Assembly (NCBI RefSeq): GCF_006345805.1
Contig: NC_042997.1
Location: 12,400,001 to 12,464,000 of the forward strand
From: Octopus sinensis
Lineage: Eukaryota
Direction of reading: 5' to 3'
DNA: 64,000 nt
The notes below the pieces were generated by a model that was given only the letters and a program-made list of their open reading frames with translations, did no database searches and had not been told where the DNA came from. The number at the start of each line of letters is the position of its first letter. Position 1 is the stretch's first letter. Of the stretch, positions 42,289 through 55,866 are shown one piece after another. The translations under genes and the position numbers were made by a program.

Positions 42289-42816
42289 TATACTTGATGA
42301 ATCGCTAAACAACGCAGAAACCTGTCACGCCAGTCCTTTTTTCTGGTTGCACAGAGAAAAACACACTTAGCGGATTCATAAATGTGCCATTGCTGAAAGC
42401 ATTCCCTTCTAAGTTTATCTGAAAAACACACGCACAAGCAATTATTTTATTTTAGTTTTTTGATTTATTGTTTTATGTACTGTATTATTCCTTTTGTGGA
42501 GGCGCGTGGCTTAGTGGTTCGAGTGTCAGCATCATGATCGTACGATTGGGGTTTCGATTCCTGGACCGGGCGACGCATTGTGCTCTTCTTTATAGAAATC
42601 AACAAACCGGTGAATAATATGTTATGAACGTACATCATCTAAAGGCAGGTGGCGTTCTCCCGTGCTGATATTCACGTTCGAATCTATCAGAACATATTAA
42701 GAATAAATAGATATGTTAATGTTTGGATTATTGCGGTTCTGTGTGTTCTCCATGATTTATTATCTGTTTGGCAATCATCAGCAAATAACTTTTTTTCCAT
42801 CTATCTTTTACTTGTT

Positions 42817-43045
42817 GTGGGGGCGCGTGGCTTAGTGGTTAGGGTGTCAGCACCATGATCGTAAGATTGTAGTTTCGATTCCTGGACCGGGCGACGCGTT
42901 GTGTTCTTGAGCAAAACATTTCAGTTCACGTTGCTCCAGTTCACTCAGCTGGCAAAAATGAGTAACGCTGCGATGGACTGGCGTCTGACGCCATATAAAT
43001 TGGGAAACCGGGCCCATGAGCCTGGCTAGGCTTTAAAAGGGCGCA
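42817..43045 (+). mobile_element. SINE family D (tRNA head, CORE-like centre, V-like tail); a head-only copy lies at 42496-42585
   Basis: GTGGGGGCGCGTGGCTTAGTGG head, TTCTTGAGCAAAACATTTCAG...CTCCAGTTCACTCAGCTGGCAAAAATGAGT centre, and the same CCCATGAGCCTGGCTAGGC tail as the family C variants. Confidence 0.75.
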
Positions 43046-43064
43046 TTTAATATTTTTTTCATCT

Positions 43065-43505
43065 TTTATTTATTACAGTCATTAGACTGGGGCCATACTG
43101 GGGCACCGCCTTGAGGACTTTCTTAGTCAAATTTATCGACCCCAGTACTTATTATATTTTAAAGCCCGGTACTCATTCTATTGATCTCGTTTGCCGAATC
43201 GCTATGTTACGGGGGCATAAACATGCCAGCACCAGCTTTCAAGCGGTGAGGACAAAGACTCACACACAAAGACACACAGGCACGCACGCACGCACGCACG
43301 CACCACACACACACACACACCACACACACACACACACACACATACGAAGGCTTCTTTCAGTTTCCGTCTACCAACTACCCTCACAAGGTTTTGGTCTGCC
43401 CGAGGCTATAGCAGAAAACAATTGCTCGAGGTTCCATGCAGTGGGACTGAACCCTGAGCCATGTGGTTGGGAAGCAAAGTTCTTATCACACAGCTATGCC
43501 TGCGC
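43065..43505 (-). mobile_element. SINE family A, diverged
   Basis: Reverse complement of the family A tail, body and head. Confidence 0.75.
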
Positions 43506-44033
43506 TAGTGAGATTCATTGGCTCTGGCATGAGATAGCTACGATTGAGGAGTTACACAACAAGGTCTAAATATCGCTGTGTCGGGAAGTACTCTTACATC
43601 GTCAACAAGGGTGTTAGCAACAGCCATCGCGGAAAGGGAAAAGGCGTTCTCCTGTGGGGAAAAATGACAGCGCGCAAGATATTCACGTTCGGAATGGCCA
43701 GAACGCATTAAGAATAAATAGGTACCTTATTGTTGAGGTTCTTTCCCTTTTATCCTTTTGGGGTCGATGAAATAAGTACCAGTTACGCACTGTGGTCGAT
43801 GTAATCGACTTAATCTTTTTGTCTGTCCTTGTTTGTCCTCTCTGAGTTTAGTCCCTTGTGGGTAGTAAAGAAATAAATATAGAAGTCCTTATTAGCTTAA
43901 AAATAACATTATCGAAACATGAAGGTAAAACAAAAGAAATAGCGGCTTATACATCGGAAAATGCAGTAATTGTAGTGGCAATGAGAAGTTCGCTCGCTGT
44001 TTGCTAGTTGATAGAGTATAAGGGAGGGAAAAA

Positions 44034-44160
44034 GTAAGGAATGCACGGTCCTGACTAGAAAGAAATGAAGGATAAAGGTGACGAATAGAGGGATGGAAAG
44101 AGTAAAGAATGCACGGTGCTGACTAGAAAGGAAGAAAGGATAAAGGTGACGAATAGAACA
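44034..44160. repeat. Two diverged tandem copies, 68-bp period
   Basis: GTAA(G/A)GAATGCACGGT(C/G)CTGACTAGAAAG...GGATAAAGGTGACGAATAGA at 44034 and 44102. Confidence 0.8.
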
Positions 44161-44583
44161 GAGTGATGACCTTTAGTAGAGATGACCTGGGAGTTGTTCC
44201 TCTTCGATTACTCTCACAAACAGCAGTCACTTTCTTTAACCGAATACACGTCGTTGATTGGTTGAAATTACCTAAGTACGACAACTTTAATACGAAATAA
44301 CTTCTAAAATAGAAAATTTTGTCAAAAATGTCCAGAGTAAACCCTGTTATACATGAGAAATTCAACCAGTATTCGGAGTTTCAAACTGTTTAGTTTTAAC
44401 AAGCAATCAATTAAAAAATCTGTGATTGAGATGGAATAGATCCATGACCGATAGAATAAGTGCCGGGCTGAAAAAAATAAGCACTGGGTATGATTCATTC
44501 AATTAAACATCCTTGAAGTTGAGCCCCAGCATGGCCATGATCTAATGCTTGAAACAAAGTAAAAGATAAAAGATACTGATACA

Positions 44584-44982
44584 TAGGCGCAGGAGTGGCT
44601 GTGTGGTAAGTAGCTTGCTAACCAACCACATGGTTCCGGGTTCAGTCTCACTGCGTGGGACCTTGGGTAAGTGTCTTCTACTATAGCTTCGGGCCGACCA
44701 AAGCCTTGTGAGTGGATTTGGTAGACGGAAACTGAAAGAAGCCTGTCGTATATATGTATATATATATGCGTGTGTGTGTTTGTTTGTGTCTGTGTTTGTC
44801 CCCCTAGCATTGCTTGACAACCGATGCTGGTGTGTTTATGACCCCGTTACTTAGCGGTTCGGCAAAAGAGACCGATAGAATAAGTACTGGGCTTACAAAA
44901 AGAATAAGTCCCGGGGTCGAGTTGCTCGATTAAAGGCGGTGCTCCAGCATGGCCGCAGTCAAAAGAGTAAAAGAGAAAAGAG
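44584..44982 (+). mobile_element. SINE family A, full length
   Basis: Near-identical to 271-690. Confidence 0.9.
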
Positions 44983-45113
44983 TATACATACATACATACA
45001 TACATACATACATACATACATACATACATACATACATACGTACGTACGTACATATATTACATATACACACACACTATGCGTATGCGTGTCTTTAAATACC
45101 TATCTTTCGTTAA

Positions 45114-45144
<31 letters not shown>

Positions 45145-45947
45145 AGTATATGAGTGTGTGTAGCGAGAGAGAGGAAGGGGTCGGCAGCATACATGTCATC
45201 TGCACTGATTTAGTGAGACTTAGTTCTTTATAGTGTGAAATTCAAGGAAATTGAACAATTTACTGTAAAGGGGAGATAGGGAAACGTACTTGAGGCGTGT
45301 CACCTAATTAGATAAATAGCACTTAACGTTGTTCTTTAACAATAAATACAGAGAGACGTCTCTGATATACTTTATTTCTCTTTAATTTCATTTTATTTCC
45401 TAAGTACTTGGGTCTCTCATGTAATACATCTCACTCTCATCTTGCTCCCGATACTGTTTTAGTATTCCACCCTTTTAGATAACTGAGAAGTTAAATACCA
45501 TTGTATATCAGGGGGTACATTAGTGTACTTTCAAAATATGTTTGTAAAATAGATAAATAAATAAATAAAAGGATAGGGTAGATTGAAGGAGCGCAACTAA
45601 ACTCCCCATTGTTCAAGGTTCTATAGTGTGTTGGTTGAGTCGATATACTCACTAGAAGTCGATTGTCCTTTAACTAAAGATTAAATTTGTGAGATATCTT
45701 ATTTTATTTTATTTCTTCTAAGAATTGCTTTTATTTTCTTCTTGTACATGATACGGTTTGTCGGTTTTCATTCTCTTTATGCTCGTACATTTCCTTTTCA
45801 GAGGTGGCAGTCCAATCTAACCAAGCGTATACGTTACAAGAGATGCATATCTTCAATTCTAATCTAGCTAATCGGTCTTTTAAGATAAATGAGATGTAAA
45901 AAGAAACGAAAGGGAAAGCAAACATATACATACATACATACAAACAT

Positions 45948-46036
<89 letters not shown>

Positions 46037-47799
46037 CAAAATATAATAAATAATCGGCTGGTAAGGATGGTTGTGTTTAGTGGATTGCTACGTACCAGTT
46101 TCAAAATACTTGCTTCGGTTCTCATAATTTTTCATAGTTTTGCTACGACTGTCTCCTTATAAACCCTAAAGGCAAAGATCCGCCTAGCTACCTCAGTACC
46201 GCATACAGTGCTTAAATCGAGGCTAGGCAGACGATGCTGAAGAAGATGAAAACGAAAGAGAGAAAGAAGACAAAGGAGATAAAGATAACAACATAGAAAA
46301 AAAAGAAAATTAAAAAAAGGAAGAGGAAGACGAGGAAAATAAAAAAAATAACAAAGAAAAAGAAGTGCTTCAATCTAATCTATGTGCAGGTGATATGCTG
46401 GTGACAGGTAGGTCACGTTTAAAATGACCTTCAGCAAAGCCGCAGGATATTAGCAGTTCCTTATAAGAGAGAAGAAAATATCTCTCGCACACAATAGTAA
46501 CCAGATGCCTTGAAGCTTGCCAACTATAAATGAGTTTAAGAAGAAAAAACAAAAAAACACTAATGTTTTATACCAGGTGAAATGGGGGCCAGATGCTGTT
46601 GTTTAAAAAGTAACATAATTTCTGTCAATTGTCATTTGAATTTTAGGGTCAAACGAAAAGGAATGGACTTATATGTTTCTCGAAATGAATAGAACTGGTG
46701 TCATTTTAAAGTTCAGATGAATTAAACAAAAAACCGATTTCAAAATAAATAAATATCATTATAGAAAAGGGAGCTTGAAGGATATGAGATTTGTTATTTC
46801 AGCACATGAAATAAATTATAAAATATTCTTTCTAATATGAGTATATGTCTTGAAATTTTGTGGGAGGAGGGTACTCGGTTACATCGATCTCAGTACTCAA
46901 CTGGTACTTATTTCATCGACCCCAAAAGGATGAAAAGCAAAGCATGAGCTCGGCGGAATTTGAATATAACAAATTATAAAACATCAGTAACTGTCAAGTT
47001 AGGGTGGGAATCGTTCAGAGACGCCGTGCTTTGGATGGATAAGGGATAGTTTAACTATACCCGTAGTGAGAAGCAATCATTTACTTATTTGTTAGTTCTA
47101 ATTTCTTTTTTGACTCCATTTCTCCCACTTCTCTCTCTCTCTCTCTCTCTGTGTTTTTCTGTTTATTTAGAAACATTCGGGTCCTTTCGCAGACACTAAA
47201 CTGTAAATTTCACAGGGTACAGCCTTAAAGTAAACACCGCTCCGCTAAACGCAGAAAATGTCTCGTTATTGGTTAAAAGTAAAGAGTTTTTCCATCTTTA
47301 AACCCCTGTAACATTTTTCTCCATTTTTTCTCCACACCATAACTTCATAGCAATAAGAGTAGAAAACTACATTATTATAGCCGATTTTCAAATTTTTTAC
47401 TTCCTTAATAAAAATGCAGATTTTGTGAATCAGCTTAAATAGATCACAAAACAGCCAGAAACGCAAACAAAGAGGACAATTAATTACAGCTAATCATTAA
47501 ATCTAATGAGATTCGTTATCTTCTTATTACAGATATCATTTTAACTTGTGAATTAAAATTTTCTGTCCCATTATACAAATTATATTAACACCCATTGGAT
47601 AAAACTATAAATGAAGTTTCAAGCACTTTGTATACTTCTAAATTATTTCAAATAATGGGAAACCAACCGAAGCAAACCTAGTATTTAGTTGCTAGGAGCA
47701 GCTCTGTTGTCAACACCTCGGACCCAAAGGAATGTACACTCAAAATTCTAAGATGGGATTTCTAAGATGGGAGACTCTTCCCAGTTATTTGGACATTAT

Positions 47800-47848
47800 A
47801 GTGATTATAGAAATGGGTTTTAACCTGAAACCCATTTCTATAATCACT
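47800..47848. repeat. Perfect 21-bp inverted repeat with 7-nt spacer
   Basis: AGTGATTATAGAAATGGGTTT-TAACCTG-AAACCCATTTCTATAATCACT. Confidence 0.95.
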
Positions 47849-48271
47849 GGCTGCTAACAAAGGCTCAGAGACTCGGTCTGTTCTGTCATCACGCAGAAAA
47901 TAATTAGGAGACAATGATACTTTTAAATGACCTAAAAGAAAAAGGAGACTGTAGGCCTGATAAGTATTCTTTTATCGAGAAATATTGGGACAAAATATTT
48001 TCCTGCATGGGAAAATGTTGACATAATTGTTGGAATGTGACTTTAACACGAAAAGGGAAGATAATGTCTACTAAAAATCTGATGTTTAATTTCATCGATT
48101 ATGTTGACATATTCATTTTTTCCAACTCCTGCCCCCGTAGCTATACAATTTTTTTTAATGTGTAGCTGGCAGCTTATCACTTACAAAGTAGACAAATACG
48201 CTATTGAAAACCTTCTGGGAAGAGGCATGCTACTGGTCCACTTGTCAATCACCTGTCGCTCCAGCATTTTA

Positions 48272-48837
48272 CTGCGTTGACCGGAAAATTCGTGCCGATT
48301 TATAGTAGCTTACATTTCGACTTATTTTAGAACATGTTTGAGTCCATAAAATAGGATTTGACTACACCTCCATTTAGACCACAGTTTAAGCTATCTTTTC
48401 ATGGAAGAAGATTTATGTTCCTATAACCTGTGTTAATTCTGTAACCCTTTAAAATGGAAGATAAGAAAGTTCCTTTTCGGCACTTGATGCTTTGGGAACC
48501 AGACAAAAATTGCTTCAGCCCGGCTGGGATGTGTCACCCCACCCTCCATATTCACCAGATATTGCTCCTTCAGATTTCCACTTCTTCAGGTCTCTGCAGA
48601 ATAGTATTAATGGTAAAAATTTCAATTCCTTGGATGACGCAAAAAGATACCTTGATGAATTCTTTGCGATGAAACCAACTCAATTCTGGGAAGATGGTAT
48701 TTTCAAGTTAAAGGAAAGATGGAGACGTATTGTGCAACAAAATGGTTCATATTTGGTTGAATTAAAATGTAATGGCAAGTATTTATTGACCTTTTTCTTT
48801 CCTTTAAAAATCGGCACGAACTTTCCGGACAACCCCA
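48272..48837 (+). mobile_element. Mariner (mellifera-subfamily-like) deletion derivative, 566 bp
   Basis: TA TSDs at 48270-1 and 48838-9, 30-bp TIRs matching at 25/30. MEDKKVPFRHLML (ATG 48454) is fused to TRQKLLQPGWDVSPHPPYSPDIAPSDFHFFRSLQNS...NGSYLVE. Confidence 0.9.
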
Positions 48838-49944
48838 TATATTCGTAGCTGTGTAAAGTAGATTTGAAACTCAGGGTTAATTCACAGTTCTGAGCAATTT
48901 TGATGGGCATTTCGAAAACCTGCTATAAAGCCTGGATATAACTTCGAGAGGAATGGACACCATCAAGCTAAATTAATTTGGGAATATAAGAAGACGAGGC
49001 CTTCAATTGTGACCATAGGTTGACATAGGTAATGGGACACGATTGCTTCTATAATAAATATCAAAAATGGAACAAATGCAACAAATAAGTTCTTGAGGTC
49101 CTTCGCCATCGAATTCACGTCTGTCCTCTAATATTATTTAGACCATATACGACATGGAGCGGGAGGAGCAATTTTATTTCATTCTCTAATAATATTGTAT
49201 TCAGAAATATTGTTGTTCTTTGGCAGAATGTCAATGCTGATCGACGAAGTCCATGATCAATGATGTTCCAACTATAACTATCCCGACTATTTGTATATAA
49301 ATTATGAGCCCTTAAAACCACTGTGTGACTATTTGTTTGTGCAGGTCGCGAAGAAGACGCCGTTAATGGCCAGAATGTTTCGTTGTCTCCTGAATCTCTC
49401 GTTGCGTAGCAACTGCGTCGGGGATTCGTCAATCCTTCAGTGGCAGATGACTCTATCGTTGACAAGTGATTCGCTTTGTAGCTCGTGATTCCCTCGGTAG
49501 TTCATGACTCCCTTAGAGTCTCATTTTCACCTTGTCGTCTCGGACATACATAGTTCCACCTCTTTCCAGGCAGTCAACCGAAATGCTAAATTTCTTCCTT
49601 GTCTGGTAACCTCATATCAGGTCGAGGGATAGCATACAAAAAGTTGGGTTGTTAGAGTTCAGTTTTAAATTTCTAAAAAAATTATTATGTGAGAGAAATA
49701 AATAATGATATTGAAATTTAGAAATGGGGAAGATTTGGAGAGGCAAAATAAATTTTCAGTTATTAAACAAGACAATAAGCTTGGCTGAATAAAAATTAGC
49801 TTGAAGATATGTAATAAAAAAAAAAAGGACTCGTTATATAAAATCGCTCTAGAAGCAAACGGCGATAGAGAACAATTTCTGAAGCAAGCGAAAGAAACAA
49901 AACAAATACAGGAATACCTATTAGGTACCCACTCATTATAAATC

Positions 49945-50008
<64 letters not shown>

Positions 50009-50425
50009 TATATATTTATATATATGTATATATACACTACGTATATATATATTTTTTATATATAGATATGTTTATGTATGTATGTATATGTATATATATT
50101 TATATATGTATATATACACTACGTATATATATATTTTTTATATATAGATATGTTTATGTATGTATGTATATGTATATATGTGAGTGTGTGTGTGTCTATG
50201 TATGTATATTGTGGCTATCAACTCGATTTTAAGCATAACTTTTTCATAGCAGAAACAGATTTGATATCCCTTTTACATATACGCGTGCGAGCGTGCGCAC
50301 GCACGCACACACAGAGACACACATGACAAAAGCATATACTGTTATAAACAGATATATGTGTAGAATAAAACAATATACTCATACATATAAAATATTACAA
50401 TATATACATATATATACATATACGT

Positions 50426-50492
<67 letters not shown>

Positions 50493-51326
50493 AATATAAA
50501 TATTTACATATATACATATATCTAGAAATATAATCATGTACATCCCAGTGTGTGTGTGTGCCTGTCAATGTATTTATCAATGTATGTATGTTCACGTGCA
50601 TTCTCATGTATGCGAGTATATTTTTGTATATGTGTATGCGGCTATGTGAATGCGTCTGTACGAGTGTAATAGTACAAAAGTATAATAGTTACGATAAAAT
50701 TATTTCAAATTAATTGAAATCATACTGACAATGAAAATTTCTCCTCTTCTGTTTTTACCCATATAAGAAAAAGAAGACAGGATGTCATAGAAAATAAGTG
50801 AGATGGCGCCAAGATAGGATGCCCCCAGCTAAAGCAGTATAATCGAATAGGTGTATGAATAAAACTGTGAAACAATGAAATAGAAAATATGGAATTTGTC
50901 TGCAGTATTTTTCTTACAATGGTATCAATTTTAGCAAAAGATTTCAGGCCATTGCCAGGTAATAAAACACTATTTTATATTTTCAATTTTGCTTCTCCTT
51001 CTCTCCTTATTTTATTTCCGCATTGTTTTCTTATGAAGTATTCTACTAGAAAATAACATAAGGTGTGATGTATATACGCATATATGTATGTGTATATGTG
51101 AGTGTACATACATATATATATATATATATATCTATATAATATATATATATATGATTGTATGTGTGTATGATTGTATGTGTGTATGTATGTGTGTATGTAT
51201 GTATATATATATACATATGCCCACGCTTTAATACACACACACATGTATAGAAACGCGTACGCTTTTACATATGAAGTTTTATACGGATGAAGGTAATTGT
51301 ATCCTTCCAAATGTGCGTTTTATGTG

Positions 51327-51370
<44 letters not shown>

Positions 51371-51574
51371 CCGTTTGAACACACTTGTCACAACCTGGGA
51401 CATTGAAGGCTGCTTTAATGCAAGAAAGTATACTAGTCCCTTAATATTTTATATTCAATATTTCATCTATTCAATAAGACAATCAATACATCATTTCATT
51501 TTACTATATATATTATTTATACTATATATTCTATATTCTACATTAATATTATAAAGAAATAATATATATATATA

Positions 51575-51800
51575 GTTAGTTAATCCAAACAAGAAAGCAC
51601 AAAAAACACAACAACGCGAGGACGTGGAACAAATATAGTATTATTGGACGCTCAGGAAAGAAGGAAAGAAGGAGGGTTTAACGTTTCGAGCGGAGTTCTT
51701 CGTCGGAAACATAGGAGAAGGAAAGATCCAGAGAAGGAAAGATCCAGAGAAGGAAAGACAGAGGGAAAAAAATCGCCAACGGTACACACGAGGTCACATT
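51575..51800 (-). mobile_element. Penelope-like pLTR-derived element
   Basis: Carries a minimal hammerhead-like motif at 51676-51710. Its minus-strand 3' end abuts (TA)n. Confidence 0.55.
51676..51710 (-). ncRNA. Minimal (dimer-type) hammerhead-like motif, degenerate
   Basis: GUUU CCGACGA A GAAC UCC GCUC GAAA C GUU AAAC. Helix I is GUUU/AAAC and a palindromic AACGUU replaces helix III; U4C and one helix II mismatch are present. Confidence 0.45.
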
Positions 51801-52085
51801 TAATATATTCTTTTACTCTTTTGTTTGTTTATCTCATTCGACTGCGGCCATGCTGGACCACCGCAATGAAGGGTTTTTAGTCGAACAAATCGTCCCCAGG
51901 ACTTATTTTAAGCCTAGTTTTATTCTATCGGTCTTTTTTGCCGAAACGCTAAGTTATGGGGACATAAAGATACCAATACCGGTTTTCAAATGGAGACAAA
52001 CGCAGACACATTGACACACACACATAGATAAATGCACAGACACACAGACACACAGACACACATGCACATATACATATATACATAC

Positions 52086-52175
<90 letters not shown>

Positions 52176-52187
52176 TATATACATACA

Positions 52188-52497
52188 TGATATATCACCG
52201 TGATCACCGTGACCGACCAAGCATTCAGATGTAGCTACACATCGCTGGTCACAGTGCGCTTCGTCTTGTTTTAGCCTTCAAATGGCACCACCCTGCTGGC
52301 TAAGCGAGCAGGCCAACAGAAGAAAGAGTGAGAGAAAGTTGTGGCGAAAGAGTACAGCAGGGATCACCCCCCCCCGCACCCGAGCCTCGTGGAGGTTTTA
52401 GGTGTTTTCGCTCAATAAACACTCACAACGTCCGGTCTGAGAATCGAAACCGCGATCCTACGACCGCGTGTCTGCTGCCCTAACCACTGGACCATTG

Positions 52498-52499
<2 letters not shown>
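52188..52499 (-). mobile_element. SINE family C head with a distinct tail
   Basis: Family C head and body to ...CTTTCTCTCACTCTTTCTTC, then a unique tail ending CACGGTGATCACGGTGATATATC. Confidence 0.8.
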
Positions 52500-52548
<49 letters not shown>

Positions 52549-53188
52549 TAAATATATATATATATATACACACATATGACGGGATTCTTTCAGTTTCCGT
52601 CTACCAAATTCACTCACGTGACTTTGGTCAGCCTGAGGCTGCAGTAGAAGACACTTACCCAATGTACCACACAATGGGATTGGACCCGGAACCATTTTGC
52701 TGTGAAGCAAACCTCTTACCACACATATATAAATAATAATAACTTTGTAATAAGCACATGGAAGGATGCATCACTAACTATGTCAATGCTTAGGTGACGC
52801 ACCGATTGTGATTCTGGAACGGTAGTAAATTGCTCACATATATTGCTTCTAACACTTGTTGCCTTCTATCCCCAGGGTTTTGTACCGATGAGACTTTTCT
52901 ATCATCTGTACAACTTGTGAGCGTGCCTCTCTATATGTACTCTTAGTTCTTCGGTCTTTAGACGGTGTCCATATTTAGGCACTAACTTGAAATTTTTAAT
53001 CAATCGTATCAATCTCAACACTTTGTTAATCTCTGGTACTTATTGTTGCGGTCATTACATAGAAAATTACATAGAAATTTTCAACAAAATTACATAGAAA
53101 AACAAAAAAGAAAAACACGCTCTGCTGGTCAATGATAAAGAGCGGGCCCTTAAGACGCTTTCTAGCACTCTGCATCACTCTTTATCCT

Positions 53189-53420
53189 TATTTCCTTACT
53201 GCTCACAAGGGGCTACACACAGAGTGGACAAAGACAGACAGACAAACGGATTAAGTCGATTACATCGACGCCAGTGGGTAACTAGTACCTAATTTATCGA
53301 CCCTGAAAGGATGAAAGGCAAAGTCGACCTCGACGGAATTTGAACTCAGAACATAATGGCAGACGAAATACTGCTACGCACTTCGCCCGGCGTGCTAACG
53401 CTTGTGCCAGCTCGCCGCCT
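53189..53420 (-). mobile_element. SINE family B, full length
   Basis: 14-bp TSD TCA(C/T)TCTTTATCCT at 53175-53188 and 53421-53434, one mismatch. Confidence 0.88.
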
Positions 53421-53980
53421 TCATTCTTTATCCTAGCATTTCTCTACCGTAAAATTTGTTCTCATTCTCAAATGTCCTTTTCTTCGTCGGCGAAATCTAG
53501 GAATAAATCACTAGAGTAGCCATGGGAACGTGAATGGCTCCCGAAGATGTCTGTTTTTTCGTTGGACATGCGAAGTCTCCAGATCTGTACTGCCATTGCA
53601 TTACCGACTGTCTCAGTGCCACCTTTCCCACGCAAAAATTTAAGCTCTTTAATCACCTTTGTGAGCTTCCTCAACCATAATCTCCATTTTATATTCTCCG
53701 TCTCTGATACCTTGCTAAATTTCCTCGACAAAACAGTTTCTGACGACCATCTTACACTATCTTTCTTTGCTTCTATTAGCGAGTCACACTCCAACCTTAA
53801 TCCCACACATTCCTACAAAGTGTGCTACCTAGCTCCTTGATCTATGGCAGCGCTGCTGCTGAAACCTTTCGCTCCAGGCCCGCATTTTCACCCTAAAATG
53901 TGTATCTTCACTCACAACCAAAAACACATATTACACTGTTCACCTTGCAAATGCTGTCCTACATAGCTTATTCGACATGT

Positions 53981-54370
53981 GTGGAGGCGCAATGGCCCAG
54001 TGGTTAGGGCAGCGAACTCGCTGTCGTAGGATCGCGGTTTCGATTCCCAGCCAGGGCGTTGTGAGTGTTTATTGAGCGAAAACACCTAAAGCTCCACGAT
54101 GCTCCGGCGGGGATGGTGGTGATCCCTGCTGTACTCTTTCACCACAACTTTCTCTCACTCTTACTTCCTGTTTCTGATGTGCCTGTATTTCAAAGGGCCG
54201 GCCTTGTCACTCTCTGTATCACGCTGAATATCCCCGAGAACTGCGTTAAGGGTACACGTGTCTATGGAGTGCTCAGCCACTTACACGTTAATTTCACGAG
54301 CAGGCTGTTCCGTTGATCGGATCAACCGGAACCCTCGTCGTCGTAACCGACGGAGTGCTTCTAAAAAAAA
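53981..54370 (+). mobile_element. SINE family C, long tail, full length
   Basis: 11-bp TSD ATTCGACATGT at 53970-53980 and 54371-54381; A-rich 3' end. Confidence 0.92.
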
Positions 54371-54614
54371 ATTCGACATGTTTTGTCCCACATACATAAA
54401 ATACACTCTCACAGATAAACAAAAATGTAACGCTTTCTCTCTCTTTTCTCACATTAAGTTACACCTTTACTTGCTGAAGGAAGACCAAGGTCCAAAATAT
54501 TACTAGACTCTAAACACACTTGAACATCTTAACCAGAAAACTAATATCATATTTGTCATACTTTGTTTTCCTGCGCTAGTCTTTCTGATTTTAATGTTTA
54601 CGACATTATTTATT

Positions 54615-55255
<641 letters not shown>

Positions 55256-55773
55256 CATTTATCTATTTATCTATCACTCTATCCATCCATTCCCTTCCTT
55301 TCTCTTCCGATATACATAACATTCACCCACACACAGATATATACTTATATATTTATATGTTTTAATCATTTTGTCAAAAAGGAAGAGCGACGCCCATGAA
55401 CATTTATTCAGACTTTAGACTGGTGGGAGAGACGGCTGAAGCTATACTAAAATCATGTTTCTGGACAGAAATGAGTTACGTTAAAGTGCCCCAGGTGTCA
55501 GATGATGGTGTTCTTGTACCAGGCGACTTAATGTCTCTTCAACTCGAGTTGGCCACGGCGGAATTTGATCTCATAGTCCAAAATGCTGTAAAAATTACCA
55601 CAACCTATCTCCTAGAACGCAGTCATATTTCCATTAGCCTTGCCTCCGTACATTGGTACTTTATCTATGGATCACTGAATGATGGAGGGCAAAGTTGATC
55701 TTCCGCTCTCTCTTTTTCTCTCTTATTTCTCTCTGTTTCTCTCCCACTATACATACATACATACATACATACA

Positions 55774-55809
<36 letters not shown>

Positions 55810-55822
55810 TATATATTATATA

Positions 55823-55862
<40 letters not shown>

Positions 55863-55866
<4 letters not shown>

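Noticed and set aside
48185-48214. Possible 30-nt minus-strand exon (KVFNSVFVYF)
   Set aside because: Same reason: chance-level splice signals and no supporting exons.
49365-49450. CUGAAGG...GAAAC-AUU with internal hairpins on the minus strand
   Set aside because: A9 and G16.2 are both violated, so it is too degenerate to call.
55396-55698. 100-aa ORF
   Set aside because: Its 3' half is a decayed reverse SINE B, and I recognise no domain.
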